Part shown: in pieces, positions 10,276 to 22,764 of the stretch
How positions within the stretch are numbered: the stretch's first letter is position 1
How the letters are laid out: every line of letters begins with the position of its first letter
NCBI GenBank assembly: GCA_951406725.2
Contig: OX597823.1
Span: forward strand, 48,050,001-48,114,000
Source of the DNA: Octopus vulgaris
Lineage: Eukaryota
Direction: 5' to 3'
Length of the DNA: 64,000 nt
The notes under the pieces: model-generated
The model's input: the letters and a program-made list of their open reading frames with translations, nothing else
What the model was told of the DNA's origin: nothing
The model's database searches: none
Program-made: the position numbers and the translations under genes

Positions 10276-11935
10276 GGGGCTCCCCTTATTGCAGCTTCTT
10301 TCATGACTGATCCTTCCTATGACTGAAGCACAGCTTCTGTCACAGTACTTGCATACCAAGAGAGTGGCTCAGCAATCTGCATTTCTGCTGTTTTCCTTTC
10401 GCTGCTGCTGCTTCTCAACTTGTTTGTTTCTGTAGCTGCTCTCTAACGAAGAAGTTCCTTCCTTCACTACAGTCCTCTATGTTGTTCTGTTCTCAGCCCT
10501 CTCTTCCCAGGTACTGACATCCACCTCACACTTGGACAAACTAGTTTTGCAAGTGTCCTTATACCTCCATTTTGGTCTTTCTATTGGTCTCTTGCCCTGG
10601 GCCAGTTCTCCATAGGGCAGTTGCTTCAGTATTCGATGGTCATCCATTCTCCTGACATACCGCAGCCACCTAAGTCTTCTTATACACAAGATAGCTATCC
10701 TGCTTTGAAGATTCGCCTGGGTCAGCACTTCAACATTGGTGACCTTGTCGCACCATGTTAGGCCTAAGATCTTGTGGAGGCATCTGAGATGAAAAATGCC
10801 AAGGCACCTTTCTCTCAGATGTACAAGGTCCATGTTTCAGATTCATAGAAGAGTGTGATGAGAACACATGTTTCATAAATCTTTTGTATTCATGTCTAAT
10901 CTCTTGTTCTTCCATACTCATTTTGTCAGCCTTTCAAAAGTTGTTGCTGCCTTCCCTATCCTGACGTTAATCTCACCTTCAAGTGAAGCAGTAGAGGAAA
11001 TGGTAGACCCTAGATAGCAGAACCTGTCCACTGTCTCAAGCTCTTTGTTATCAAGCTTGATATGGTCTTTCACTGCACCCTCCTGAGTGAGGATGACTGT
11101 CTTCTTTACACTGATGACCAAACCAAAGGCCTTGCATGCTGATGATAAGTGGTTCATCATTATTTGTAGAGTTAATTCACTGTGAGCAACAAGTGCTACA
11201 TTGTCGGTGAAGAGAATGTCTCTTATTGTTGCTCTATTGATCTTGGTCTTGGCCCGAAGTCTAGAAAGATCAGAGTGGCCCATCAGTTCTCCAACAAAGG
11301 TAGACATCTCCCGGTGACTCTTGAAATGCATACTGCTGCAATACAGCAAAGTAAATGCTAAAAAGGATTGGTGCTAAGACACAACCTTGTTTTACTCTGC
11401 TGTTGATGTTGAAGCTATTTGATGATATTAAACTGTCAAACTGAATGGTGGCCTTCATGTCATCATGGAATGAAACAATGAGCTGCTGTAGTATTGGGGG
11501 ACAGCCTCATTTCCCATGCAGCATGTACAGTCCTGATCTGCTGACTGTATCAAATGCCTTTGTCAGATCGACAAATGCTGTATATAGTAGTAATTGCTGC
11601 TCCCAGCATTTTTCTTGTAGTTAACGAATGGAGAAGATCATATCCATTGTTGAGTGGCTAGATCTAAAACCGCACTGGCTCTCTGGTAGTACTCTTTCTG
11701 CTAGCTTCTGAAGTCATTTGAGAATGATCCTCGTAAAAGCTTTTCTAGTGATGCTCAGAAGTGAGATGCCTCTGTAGTTATTGCAATCTCCCTTGTCCCC
11801 TTTATTTTTGTAGAGGGTGATGATCTTGGGATCTCTCATATCTTGTAGAAATTTTACTTCCAGCCAACACGTCTTTTGTAACTTGTATAAATGTGGAAGG
11901 AGGGCATCTTTGTTCTCCTTCAACACTTCAGCAGG

Positions 11936-11936
<1 letters not shown>
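10276..11936 (-). mobile_element. 5'-truncated RTE LINE, ORF2 reverse transcriptase (frameshifted)
   Basis: IPAEVLK...LYKNKGDKGDCNNYRGISLLS, PESQCGFR, FVDLTKAFD, VKQGCVLAP.LF, LFTDN, FCYLGS, RRLRWL..VRRM, GKRPIERPK; both ends in (TA)n. Confidence 0.93.
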
Positions 11937-12007
<71 letters not shown>

Positions 12008-12011
<4 letters not shown>

Positions 12012-12299
12012 TATTGGTAAAAATGGTAAGATAACAAAAGAAAGAAAGAGACCTCAATATTATGCAAATGGAGGAATTTATCTGTAAATGTAATATGTGA
12101 CAATTATTCAGTAGCCAAGATAAAACTCTGAGTTTCGGATGCCAAGGTGGAAATCCACACTACCATCTCTTCCGTTATCCAGCCATCCAGTTATCTGGCC
12201 GGATAACTGAAGAGATGGTAGTGTAGATTTCCACCTTGGCATCCAAAACTCAGAGTTTTATCTTGGCTACTGAATAATTGTCACATATTACATTTACAG
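12008..12299. mobile_element. Penelope-like terminus with inverted duplication (arms 12082-12185 / 12196-12299)
   Basis: ~103-bp near-perfect inverted repeat with ~10-nt spacer; extra tail 12008-12081 runs into (TA)n. Confidence 0.7.
12197..12268 (+). ncRNA. Type-I hammerhead ribozyme motif (degenerate; mirror copy on minus strand 12113-12184)
   Basis: Helix I GGATAA/TTATCT, CTGAAGA core, helix II GATG...CATC, (G)AAAC, helix III ACT-CAG-AGT, cleavage triplet GTT. Confidence 0.6.
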
Positions 12300-12863
12300 G
12301 TATATATATATGAAGCTGTTTTATGTGGTGTGTGTGTGCATGCATGTGTGTGTATGTGTATAACATACATCCAAATACACATCCAAAGAAGAGTATATTT
12401 TAATGATGGACTTGTACTATAAACATACAAAACTGAGAGCACCTGACACTCTTTGTAAATTCAATATAACGCAAGATGAAAAGAAGAAACGTCATTAAAC
12501 TTGCTATATTTATAAATTTTTATAAAGAAAAAAATTAAGAAATTGGAAATGATGCTGATGAAAAGAAAGGGGGTTACCCTACAATTTCAGATCAATAATT
12601 ATGTAATCAGTAAAGGTCAACAAGTTGAAAGATTTTTATTTTTTTCAGAGATTCTAAATTCAAATTAATCTAGCTTATGATTATGAAGCAATGTAAACCT
12701 TATTGAATAAACTCCTCCTGCTACTGACACCAGGAAAAAAAATTTAATAAATAAATTAATTTGGAACCCCACCAAAAATTCTTACCAAATAGCAAATATT
12801 TTATCGCAATTTTAAAAAGAAAATACAAAATGATGATCTATTTTCTGCTGCTGCTGCTACTGT

Positions 12864-12864
<1 letters not shown>

Positions 12865-12910
<46 letters not shown>
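12865..12910. repeat. (GAT)n microsatellite
   Basis: Directly visible. Confidence 0.95.
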
Positions 12911-13052
12911 GTGTTAAGTCTATTTCTGTTTCTAAGATGTTTTTTATTTGGGTAGTTGTGTTTAACTGCCAATCATCTGTGATCAAGCAGACCTACATGT
13001 GCTGATGCAGTTTTTCTGCTGCCATCTACATTTCAAATATCTGCATACCTAA

Positions 13053-13215
13053 GTGCAGGAGTGGCTGTGTGGTAAGAAGTTTGCTTCCCAACTGCATGGT
13101 TCCAGGTTCAGTCTCACTGCTTGGCACCTTGGGCAAGTATTTCCTACTATAGTCTCAGGCCAACCTAAGCCTCATGAGTGGATTTGGTAGATGGAAACTG
13201 GAAGAAACCTATTGT
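13053..13215 (+). mobile_element. SINE family A head
   Basis: GCAGGAGTGGCTGTGTGGTAAGAAG...GGTTCAGTC...CACCTTGGGCAAG. Confidence 0.8.
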
Positions 13216-13216
13216 G

Positions 13217-13297
<81 letters not shown>

Positions 13298-13399
13298 GTC
13301 ATCATCATCATCATCATCATCATTTAACATCTGTTTTCTATGCTGGCATGGGTTGGATAGTTTGGCTGAAAACTGGTAAGCAGGAGAGCTGCATATTGT

Positions 13400-14246
13400 G
13401 TTGGATTGTTCAAACAGTTCGTAGCATTTTTCAATTGGTGATGTTTAACAGGAACATATGACATATATATATTTTCTGAAAGAGGAGATCTCAAAATATT
13501 TTTCTATTTGAATGTTGTGCAGAGTATTTGCTTCTACCGTTCTTATGGCAGAATTGAAAATGAAAGAAAATGAAATACATTTTTGTCATTTACGTTGCCC
13601 TTTTCAAGCCTAGCCAGGCTCATGGGCCCGGTTTTCCGGTTTCTGTGGTGTATGTGTTCCCCCCAGCTGGACGGGATGCCAGTCCATCGCAGCGTTACTC
13701 AAGAAACAGGAAGAGAGAAAGTTGTGGTGAAAGAGTACAACAGGGGTCACCACCACCCCCTGCTAGAGCCTCGTGGAGCTTTTAGGTGTTTTCACTCAAT
13801 AAACACATGCAACATTCGGTCTGGGAATCGAAACCACAATCCTCCGACCACGAGTCCGCTGCCCTAACCACTGGGCCATTGTGCCTCCAACTTTTGTCAT
13901 TTAATGTTCTTTTATTTCTAGAGAGGCAGAATTGTTGCACAAACAGCAAAGAAGATATGTTCTGTTTATGGAGGTGGTATCTTAGCTGAAAGTACTGTTC
14001 ATACATGGTTTAGTAGGTTTACAACCGAAAAGTTTGACCAGGAAGATCATGAATGTTCCAGTATACCTACAGTCATTGATAATGAACAAATCAAGATTTT
14101 AATTTTAAAAAAATAATCCAGATCACACAATGCAAGACGCGGTGGAGGTTCTCCACAAATGTCATGCGTGTATTATAAAGCATTTAAAAACACTTGGTTA
14201 TGTGAATCGCTATGATGTTTGGGTGCCTCATAACTTAAAAGAAAAT
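13400..14246 (+). mobile_element. Decayed mariner transposase 5' half, interrupted by a SINE
   Basis: TIR-like TTGGATTGTTCAAACAGTTCG; MKENEIHF|[49 protein letters not shown] (WVPHEL motif). Confidence 0.85.
13593..13891 (-). mobile_element. SINE family C head with V-SINE-like body (type 2), 12-bp TSD
   Basis: Same head as 8988-9298; body contains GCGATGGACTGGCATCCCGTCCAG; TSD TTTTGTCATTTA at 13581-13592 and 13892-13903. Confidence 0.88.
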
Positions 14247-15057
14247 CTTCGACAAATTCTTCCTGACTTATGGAAGTGGTTGTTAAATGATGATGATGAT
14301 GATGAGGGTGAAGGTGGTGGTGGTTGTTGTGGTGTTGACAGTGGTGATGGCGATGATGATGACAACAATGAATGATGATGATGGTAATGGTGATGATGAT
14401 GATAAATAATACTGAAAACCCAAAACGGTAGCATCAGCTATTTGCCCATTGTTTTTCTCCTGCAGTTGTGTTGTTATTGTCTAGCTTTGAGTTGGCTCAG
14501 ATCAAGCAGGCACTTATGGTCCGAGATATTCAAGCCTTGCCTCATCCCATTTTGTGTTTGAGGATATGTACTACCAGGCTTCATATACAATGGGTCTATT
14601 TTGGGAAATGAAGGAGTATCTTTTGAATTAGACTTAAAATGTCTTTTATAAATGAGCTCTGAAAGAATGCACATTGAGACTCTGTCTTTATCATTCTGGC
14701 AATTTTTACTCAAGTGCAATATCAGATATTTGAAGAGACAATTCAAGTGATGATCCTTATATTAATGAGAGATTCTAATATCCTTGAAAGCTTAATGGAA
14801 CCAGGCCATAGTTGTTCATACTTAGAGAAGAACGTTCCCCATTAACATGCAGCGACTCAACTTTTCTTCCTCATCTTCGCTGCAACACCATCACTTTCAA
14901 GGAATTTGCTAATTTGGAATAGTTATCACATTACAGAACTGTCTTCATTTAAATACAACACAGTTCCTTCGACATCAGTGACTTAAGCAAGGATGTTACC
15001 AAAGCACAATAAACAGAAGCCTTAGCAAGCAGGATAGTACATTTATAGAATTGCTAA

Positions 15058-15555
15058 TCAAATCAAATTCGCAAATTTGATGACCAGAACCCGTGCCAGT
15101 GGAGCACTAAGAACACCATCCGAGCATGATCACTGCCAGAGCAGCTGACTGGCTTCCATGCTGGTGGCACGTAAAAAGCAACATTCAAATGGGATTGTTA
15201 CCAGTGTCACCTTACTGGCACTTCTGCTGGTGGTGCATGAAAAACATTTGAGCGAAGTCGTTGCCAGTCCTTCTGGACTGGCTCCTGTTCAGGTGGCATG
15301 TAAAAAACACCACATGTACGTGGCCATTGCCAGTACCACCTGACTGACCCTCGTGCCGGTGGCACATAAAAGCACCCACTACACTCTCGGAGTGGTCGGC
15401 GTTAAGAAGGGCATCCAGCTATAGAAACTCTGCCAGATCAGATTGGAGCCTGGTGCAGCCTTCTGGCTTGCCAGTCCTCAGTCAAATCGTCAAACCCATG
15501 CTAGCATGGAAAGCGGACGTTAAACAATGATGATGATGATGATGATGATGATGAT
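15058..15555 (+). mobile_element. RTE 3'UTR/tail
   Basis: Degenerate tandem units, then CACTCTCGGAGTGG...AAGGGCATCCAGC...GGAAAGCGGACGTTAAAC(GAT)n. Confidence 0.8.
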
Positions 15556-15569
15556 TGACTGCTTTATGA

Positions 15570-15775
15570 CTGAGTTGGCAGAGTTGTTAGTGCACTGTAT
15601 AAAATGCTTAGTGGTATTGCATCTGTCTTTATGCTCTGATTTCAAATTCCACTTAGATCAACTTTGCCTTTCAGCCTTTTGGAGTCAATAAAATAAGTAC
15701 CAGTTGAGCAATGGACTCCATGTAATTGACTTCCCCCACCACTCAAAATTGCAGACCTCATGCCAAGATTAGAAA
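15570..15775 (+). mobile_element. SINE family D, decayed
   Basis: AACTTTGCCTTTCAGCCTTTTGGAGTCAATAAAATAAGTACCAG. Confidence 0.75.
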
Positions 15776-16134
15776 CGGATAATATTGGACAAAACCTGAT
15801 TTAAACTTACTATGAGAGTTTCTGTGTGGGTAGCAAATTTGTATAGGTAACATAGCAATAACTAAGAGCTGACTGATGACTGACCTTTCTGGCAAAACAG
15901 TCAGTAAGCTACTCTTTCCTCTTTTAAGCAAATTGGTCTTTGAATGCTTGTGATGACCATGGGCAAGGCCATTTCCTCAAAATCCAGCCTTTAAACAAAT
16001 AAAATAATAAATAATTTTGACAGCTGTCCAATTGACACCCTTCAACAATTGTTGATGGTTAGCCATATCTCACTGAGAACACATCAAAATCAGACTTGCT
16101 AATTCTCTTGCTCCCCTACTGAAGTCCAATACTC

Positions 16135-17305
16135 ATGTTGAAAGGTTTCAACTTAGCACCATTTTTACCCAATACAAACATTTGGGCCATTCATACAGAA
16201 ACTTCAAGGCAACCAGAAAATGCCCAATGATTTCAAATTCTTGCAAAATCATATCTCCATGTACCCGGATGTGCTGTGGAGGGTTTTGCAGGAGTTTGAG
16301 ATCAATGGGCAACCAACCTTTATTTGCCATGAAGTCCCTATACAAACACTCAAGTAGTGTTTGTTTGAATAAATAGTGCTAGGTTGAGACCTTTCAATAT
16401 GGGTGTTAAGCTTCAATGGTGCTGCGTTTTGTCACCTCTCCTTTTCATAATTTCTATGAACTGGATTTACATGTACGGCTGTTGTGGAAGTGATATCATT
16501 GCATTCAGTGGGTGTATGCTCTGTCAGCTGACGTCTGCAGATAATATTGTGCTACTTGGCTTATCAGGAGGTAATGGCCAGCATGCATTAAATGAGTTCA
16601 CAGCTGAGAGTTGCAAGACTTGGATGAGAATAAGTATTGCAAAGAATGAGACATTGATCCTCTTCAGAAAGTCTTCTCAGTATAACATCACTGAGAATGT
16701 AGAGAAGTACCTTTGGGTCATATTCATGAATGATGGGAAGCAAGAGGCTAAAATGGATGCTGGAATTGCAGATCCAGCATCTACAGTGATGTGCCAGCTT
16801 TGGCATTCAATCCTCAGAAGAGGAGAGGTTAGTAAAATACCAAACCAGCTATCTTCAGTTCAGTTCAGTTCAGTTTCCATGCCTATCCTCACTCTGGTCA
16901 TATATGTTGGGAAATGACTGAAAGTGTATGATTGTGAATACAAGCAACTGAAATGGGATCACTCAGCAGCTCAGAGATCAGGGTGGGATGGTCTTAGCAG
17001 GTCAAACCATTAATTCTCTGCATCGAGAGGTCACAGCTCCAGTTCTACGAACCTGTCGCTAAAATTCCACAGAAAAGGATCACAAGACAGATTCTACAAG
17101 ACAAATCAATTAGCAGAAGAACTAGGGGGTAGACCAGGAATGAAATAGTTGGATAAAAGCCATAGTTTCAGTTAGTCCCCTTTTGGAATCCAGCAGTAAA
17201 ATTTAATGATGGTTGCTTTTGATAGGAACCTATAGAGGAGGTGCCTGTGGACTCTGTCCCCACAACCCTCCTAAGACTAGCAGGCACAGAAAATGGATGG
17301 ACACA
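16135..17305 (+). mobile_element. Decayed RTE (Expander/Rex3-like) RT fragment
   Basis: CVLSPLLFIISMNWI, SADNIVLL, QHALNEF, MRISIAKNETLIL, KYLWVIFMNDG, IERSQLQF, RRTRGRP. Confidence 0.8.
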
Positions 17306-17769
17306 TCAAAACCAGACCTAGGGAGTTTAAAATGACAATAACCAATTGTCCCTGACTAAACATTCTATAATAGTTATTTGACAACATGGTTAGAGAACAT
17401 AGCTGATAAGGGTTGTCTCAAGTAGAAAGGAAACCCCTCTTATGGATAGCTGATAAATAGTTTTGTAACTTAACACACGGTAGCATTGATAAAAAGGTAA
17501 GGCTGGTGGATAACTAGAAAGCTGTAAGTAGCTGATCACAGGACGAATTGTTAAAGCGTTAGACAAAACACATTGTGATACTTCTTCTAAATCAGTACGC
17601 TTGAAATTCAAATCGTGTCACATTCAGCCTTATCTTTCCAGCGTCGATAAAATAAAGAGCCAGTGAAGTAAGTACTAGGGGAGTACTGATCAACTGAATA
17701 CTCTCTTGCCCAAATTTTTAACCTTGAGCTTATGTTAAGAAACAGTACATGTGTACGTTTACATGTGAC

Positions 17770-18226
17770 AGTGAAGGCGCATGGATAGAATATTTGGTTC
17801 ACAACCATAAGACCGTGAGTTCGACTCTCGAAGGTGCGGGGTATCCTTGAGCAAGATTCATTATTTTACGTTGCTTCAGTTCACTCAGCTGGCGAAATTG
17901 TATCTGTATTTCAAAGGATCAGCCTTGCCACATTCTGTGTCACGCTGAATCTCTCTAACACACAGCAACTCAATTTTTCGCCATCACTTTCAAGGGATTT
18001 GGAATAGTTATCACATTACAGAACTGTCTTCATTTAAATACAACACAGTTCCTTTGACATCCGTGACTTGAGCAAGGATATTACCAAAGCATAATAAACA
18101 GAAGCCTTACAGTAAGGGTAAGCGTATCTGTGGATTGCTCAGCCACTTGTACGTTAATTTCCCAAGCAGGCTGTTCTGTTGATCGGATCAGCCGGAACCC
18201 TCGTCGTCGTAATTGACGGAGTGCCA
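17770..18226 (+). mobile_element. SINE family B, interrupted by a ~150-bp insert (17956-18109)
   Basis: GAGTTCGACTC B box, TATCCTTGAGCAAG, tail GGAACCCTCGTCGTCGTAA as in 4394-4723. Confidence 0.8.
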
Positions 18227-18239
18227 TTTAAGTTAAGAA

Positions 18240-19400
18240 GATAAGAATTTGGGGCCTGCCTGGCAATTAATAATTTCATAGCTAGAGAAGATGAATCTCG
18301 ACTTCGCCATTCCGTTGTATAACCCTCGACCTCTCACTTCAGCCAAGAGTAATGTGAAATTTTAGATGACGCATTGTAAACACTGTCTGCCAAATATACG
18401 AATGCAGTCGAAAATTACAGGCATGATAAACATGAGAGACAGAAGCAATGTAGGACGTTTTGTTGAAGAGGAAGTTAGAGACGATTAACAAATTTCGCCT
18501 TTTTGTTTTTCTCTCGTTTACTGTAAATAAAAATTAAATGACCAAACACACTATTGTTATTATTTATTCGGTTATTAAACAACAAGACATACACGGATGA
18601 TACATAAATATATTTCTGCGTGCATGTGTATCAGCCAGCGTAAACGAGCATAAATAAATAAATAAACGGCCGATAATATATAACAACATAAATATATAAA
18701 TAAACAACTGACAAGCATCAACATAAATAAATATAAAAATAAATAAACGATTGACAAACAACAACATAAACAAATAACGACTGACACACAACAACAACAT
18801 AAACAAATAAATAAATAAATAAAAGACAAACATCATCATCATCAACAACAACAACAACAATAAAAGAAAAACATTGTTCGAAGAGGTCACTGGCGTTCCG
18901 GAAGTAATACCTTTTACCTATGCATTGTGGGTAAGATCGGTGGCCAGTAACTTGTTTTGGTTATTTCGGCTTCACACAAATGTTTGATGGCTCTTGTACC
19001 TCTTTTTATTTATCGGTCCATTTATCTCTCTCCCGTCTATTATCGCTATATCTCCTCCTTCACTTGAGTTTCTCTTCGCCCCTCTTTTAAACCTTTCCTT
19101 GGTTTATTCGGGTTTGAAGACGGACACAAATCTTTTTCTTTTCCCGACCGTTTTATTTTGTATTATTTCTTCAGCCGTCTCAATACCAAACAGAAAAAAG
19201 TAGGGGATAAAAAGAAAAAAGAAAGAAAAGATATATATATATATATATTATACATATATATATATATATTTTACTTGTACACACGAAAGAGCAAAACAGA
19301 AAAAAAAAACCCCGACTTTTTACAAGAAATTCTAACACTTTTTCGTAATGATGATCAGTTATTGATGTAAGTGTGAGACCTTTCAAACTGCTTATTTCAT
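18240..19400. promoter_or_regulatory. Putative (bidirectional) promoter island
   Basis: TE-free and visibly CpG-richer; TTCCGGAAGT ETS site 18896-18905; ATGCATTGTGGGTAA (reverse complement TTACCCACAATGCAT, ZNF143/Staf motif) 18920-18934. Confidence 0.6.
18940..19366 (+). other. Candidate non-coding first exon of a plus-strand gene
   Basis: Downstream of the ETS/ZNF143 sites; donor GAT|GTAAGT at 19366/19367; start not defined. Confidence 0.4.
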
Positions 19401-20529
19401 GCTTTCCACTTGTTTATTGCTGAAGCTACAAAAGCAACATTTAGTAATAATAATAATTATTATTATTTATAATTATAATCATTCAGTCGAATACTGACTG
19501 GAAAAAAAAAAGAAGTTTTTATTTAACATATCTATTTTATAAGAATTCTTGTGAATTATTTTCAGACGGGGTTGAAGGAAAACTTAATTCCAGAGTATTG
19601 AAATGTACACAAGCAGAACGGGCCAACTGTTTTATATATTATATTGCGCATTAAAAATATTAAACGTATTTATGTGTATTATTTAAACTAACTTATTGAT
19701 ACTTTTAGTGTATGCATATATATAGTAAAGGATGGTTTTCTTCAGTGGATGGTATGTTGTAATAATCTCGGTTTGTTTCATCGGTGCATCTATTTTTTTA
19801 TTATCATTGTATTTTATTTTTCAATTGTCAGCCCCTTCTTTTTCCTTCCTTGAAATATCTCCACCTGACACTGTTTTTGCTACGAACTGCTATGTTTTGA
19901 ACGAATATATTTGCCTCTGACTTCGACCATTCTCATACATACCTACACATATATATATATATCGCTTCTCTGTTATATTTTTACTCAGAATATTATAGGG
20001 CCGAAACATACATTTTTTATACTCTATTTGGAATTTATTAGTGCCTAGTCACTGTCTTAAATTGTACCAAAACACACACCCCACACTACATGCTGTATTT
20101 TCTACTTAAGTTGGGACATTTGAATTCGTATTTCTCTTTCCACATGTTTTCGATGGGCCCAAAATGTACGAGTTTTAAAATTCAGATGTCTTCCTTCTTC
20201 ACTTTAGCGACATCAAAGCTATTTTTTTACACTCGATTGTTTATGTATTTTATTATATTGTGTCATTCATAGAACATGTTCCAACATGTTCAAATGTATC
20301 CCATATTTAGAACTGAAAACGTGATGATACACAAGCTTCTTAACTTCTGTTTACTTAAAAATAAAATCACATTTTCGTTTCATCACATCCATGATGACAT
20401 CTTACCTATCTATAGTTATGTTTCTATTTATTTAGCTTTTCAGTTATTTATTTATTCTCGCCATAACATGTGATGTCCATAAATTATAGACTACGTGTAT
20501 ACACTTCCATGGACTGGCTTTTGGATGTA

Positions 20530-20870
20530 GCTTTGAGTGGATTGGTTGATGTTTATAGTCCCAAATCATTCCAGCTATGTCCACTTCGTCTTTTTAGGAG
20601 TATGTAGGATTACATTACTTAATGTAGTCTTTCTCATATTTTAACAGTGTGATTTGAGGAAGATTTAGCTGCTATTTCTTGCTATTCGATTGACCACGTA
20701 AAGGCTCTCTCATTTGATGAATGAAATTTGGTATTAGCTATTGTTTCATTGCCGTTTAGTCCTGCATTAATGTTCAAGGCATAGTGGTCCTGTCCCTTTC
20801 CACACCTAAAATTGTATCTGGCTACTATTTCTAGAGGTCAAGCGGTCGCATAGTGACTTCACATTGGCTC
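20530..20870 (+). mobile_element. Two decayed copies of repeat family F (probable SINE)
   Basis: GTGATTTGAGGAAGATTTAGCTGCTATTTCT...GACCACGTAAAGGCTC; related pieces near 12955, 14475, 31610 and 54810. Confidence 0.5.
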
Positions 20871-21539
20871 CATGATGGAGTTGTGAATGCTGGTGGTGCT
20901 GTACCAGAGTGGACACTTTAGCCTCTTTTTTATATTCTCTTCAATCTTTGCAGTGTAAGGTTTTAATCATTCTGTCCTACTCCTTAGTTCAAGAAATAGC
21001 AATGGATCTCATTCGCCAGCCAACTTTGTTTATCGGACATTCTATTGCATTGGCACCGTTTCGTTGTTATTTACATAATCTAACTTAGCAACTGATGCTA
21101 GAAACATTTGTGTTTTTCGCTGATTATTGCTAATAAGCTTTAATCATGTATATTTTTTTGTTGAAAATAATTCAATTTTTGTATTCATATTCTATTACAG
21201 ATGAGAATTTTTTTTGTTACTGTTTTATCTTTTATAAAACTGTTATCGTCCTAGTTATTTTATTATTATTTTTATCAAACAAATACTGTCTTGTAGTGAT
21301 GGTGATGTATAGTTTACAAGCGTATACATTTGTTTATAGATACCGTTTACATTGCACACTTTAAACACTACCCTTTCTTTGGCAGTCAAATAATAATAAT
21401 AATGATAATAAAAAACTGCTTAAAGGCCCCTATTATGTCCTTAAAAACCTTCACAGAAATCCAAAGGTGTACATTTTAGTTTAAATGAATGAACAAGCTA
21501 ATATTAGTACATACATAGAGCACACACACACGTGTGTTT

Positions 21540-21589
<50 letters not shown>

Positions 21590-21590
21590 G

Positions 21591-21784
21591 TGGGGTGCTG
21601 AAAAGTGCCTGGTTTTATGGGTATCATGAAAGGCCTGGTTAGGGGCCCAACCTTCCAAGTTCTTTTACAGGGCTTAGAAAAAGTGAAGAACCACTGCAAT
21701 AAGTGTGTTAATCTGAGAGGGAGAGAATATGTTGAATAAAATCATAATTAACTGATTCCCCTGTATTTTCTTTTACCCAAGGCC
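21591..21784 (+). mobile_element. Non-autonomous mariner derivative
   Basis: TIR GGGGTGCTGAAAAGTGCCTGG; GLEKVKNHCNKCVNLRG..YVE* mariner C-terminus; matching right TIR type at ~41720-41764. Confidence 0.7.
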
Positions 21785-22129
21785 TCTCGTGTATGTGCAC
21801 ATGCACACATATATAAGGAATGTATTTATTATATAGCACATTTGTTTATGCACAGGCATGGAACCAGACTCACTAGGATTTAATCTGAGAACAACTTCTT
21901 CCTTGGAACTTTTTGTGTTAAAAATGTACACTCCAAATAATGACAACAGACAGTCAGACACTGATGTTTCAGTATGATTTCACCTGTTCAGTGATGGACT
22001 CAGATTCAGCCATGTGGATCTAGCTAAGAGCTTCTGCTTCTATATAGAAATCAGAAACCACAAAACATTTGCTGATGTGTGTGAAAGCTTGCAAGAATTT
22101 CTGTTAAATTGGTATGCTCACTTGAAATC

Positions 22130-22318
22130 AAATGTAATGTTCATTTATCTTCATTGTTTTGAATTAATCATGTCTTATTTTGTAGCTTGAAGATTTCGAA
22201 GATGTCATTGTCTACTTTTAAAACGACATTGTAGGGTAGACATGAGAGGCTGGATCTGGCCATTTTGAACATAGAACAGATAGAATAATTTGGCCAGTTT
22301 AGATACCAAATGGGTTAA
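22130..22318 (+). mobile_element. piggyBac-type MITE family G, partial
   Basis: Matches 36640-36868; ends GGGTTAA. Confidence 0.7.
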
Positions 22319-22424
22319 AGTAATGGTGTGCACATCATTTATATGTTTATGTAAATGCAAGCATGGAATGATGAAGGCTGTGAGATTTGCTCTTGGAAAA
22401 CAACTTTTACTAAGAAACCCTGTG

Positions 22425-22456
<32 letters not shown>

Positions 22457-22459
<3 letters not shown>

Positions 22460-22579
22460 AATTTTTTACGTAATAAGATAAAAAAGCCAAGGCTGTGTAG
22501 ATATTAGAGCATTCTATCTATAAATGCTCTAATATCTACACAGCCTTGGTTTTTTTATCTTATTATGCAAAAAATTCTT
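22457..22579. repeat. ~57-bp-arm fold-back palindrome in (TA)n
   Basis: AAGAATTTTTT...AGAGCATT / AATGCTCT...AAAAAATTCTT. Confidence 0.9.
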
Positions 22580-22716
22580 ATATACACACGCTGACATAGA
22601 ACCAACGTTGAACCCTTTATTCACAATATTACCGAATCTGGAACTTAACTATGGTCTGTCTACAGCACTTATTCAGCATTACCTGACACCTTTGGGTCTC
22701 AATGACACCGTTATCT

Positions 22717-22763
<47 letters not shown>

Positions 22764-22764
<1 letters not shown>

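Noticed and set aside
18236-18310. Minus-strand ATG reading MAKSRF..., reminiscent of the THG1L N-terminus
   Set aside because: Similarity ends after six residues, a stop follows at ~25 codons, and only a weak GC donor is available
19340-19432. C/D box snoRNA (ATGATGA...CTGA)
   Set aside because: No rRNA-complementary guide recognised, weak terminal stem, and it overlaps a likelier splice donor
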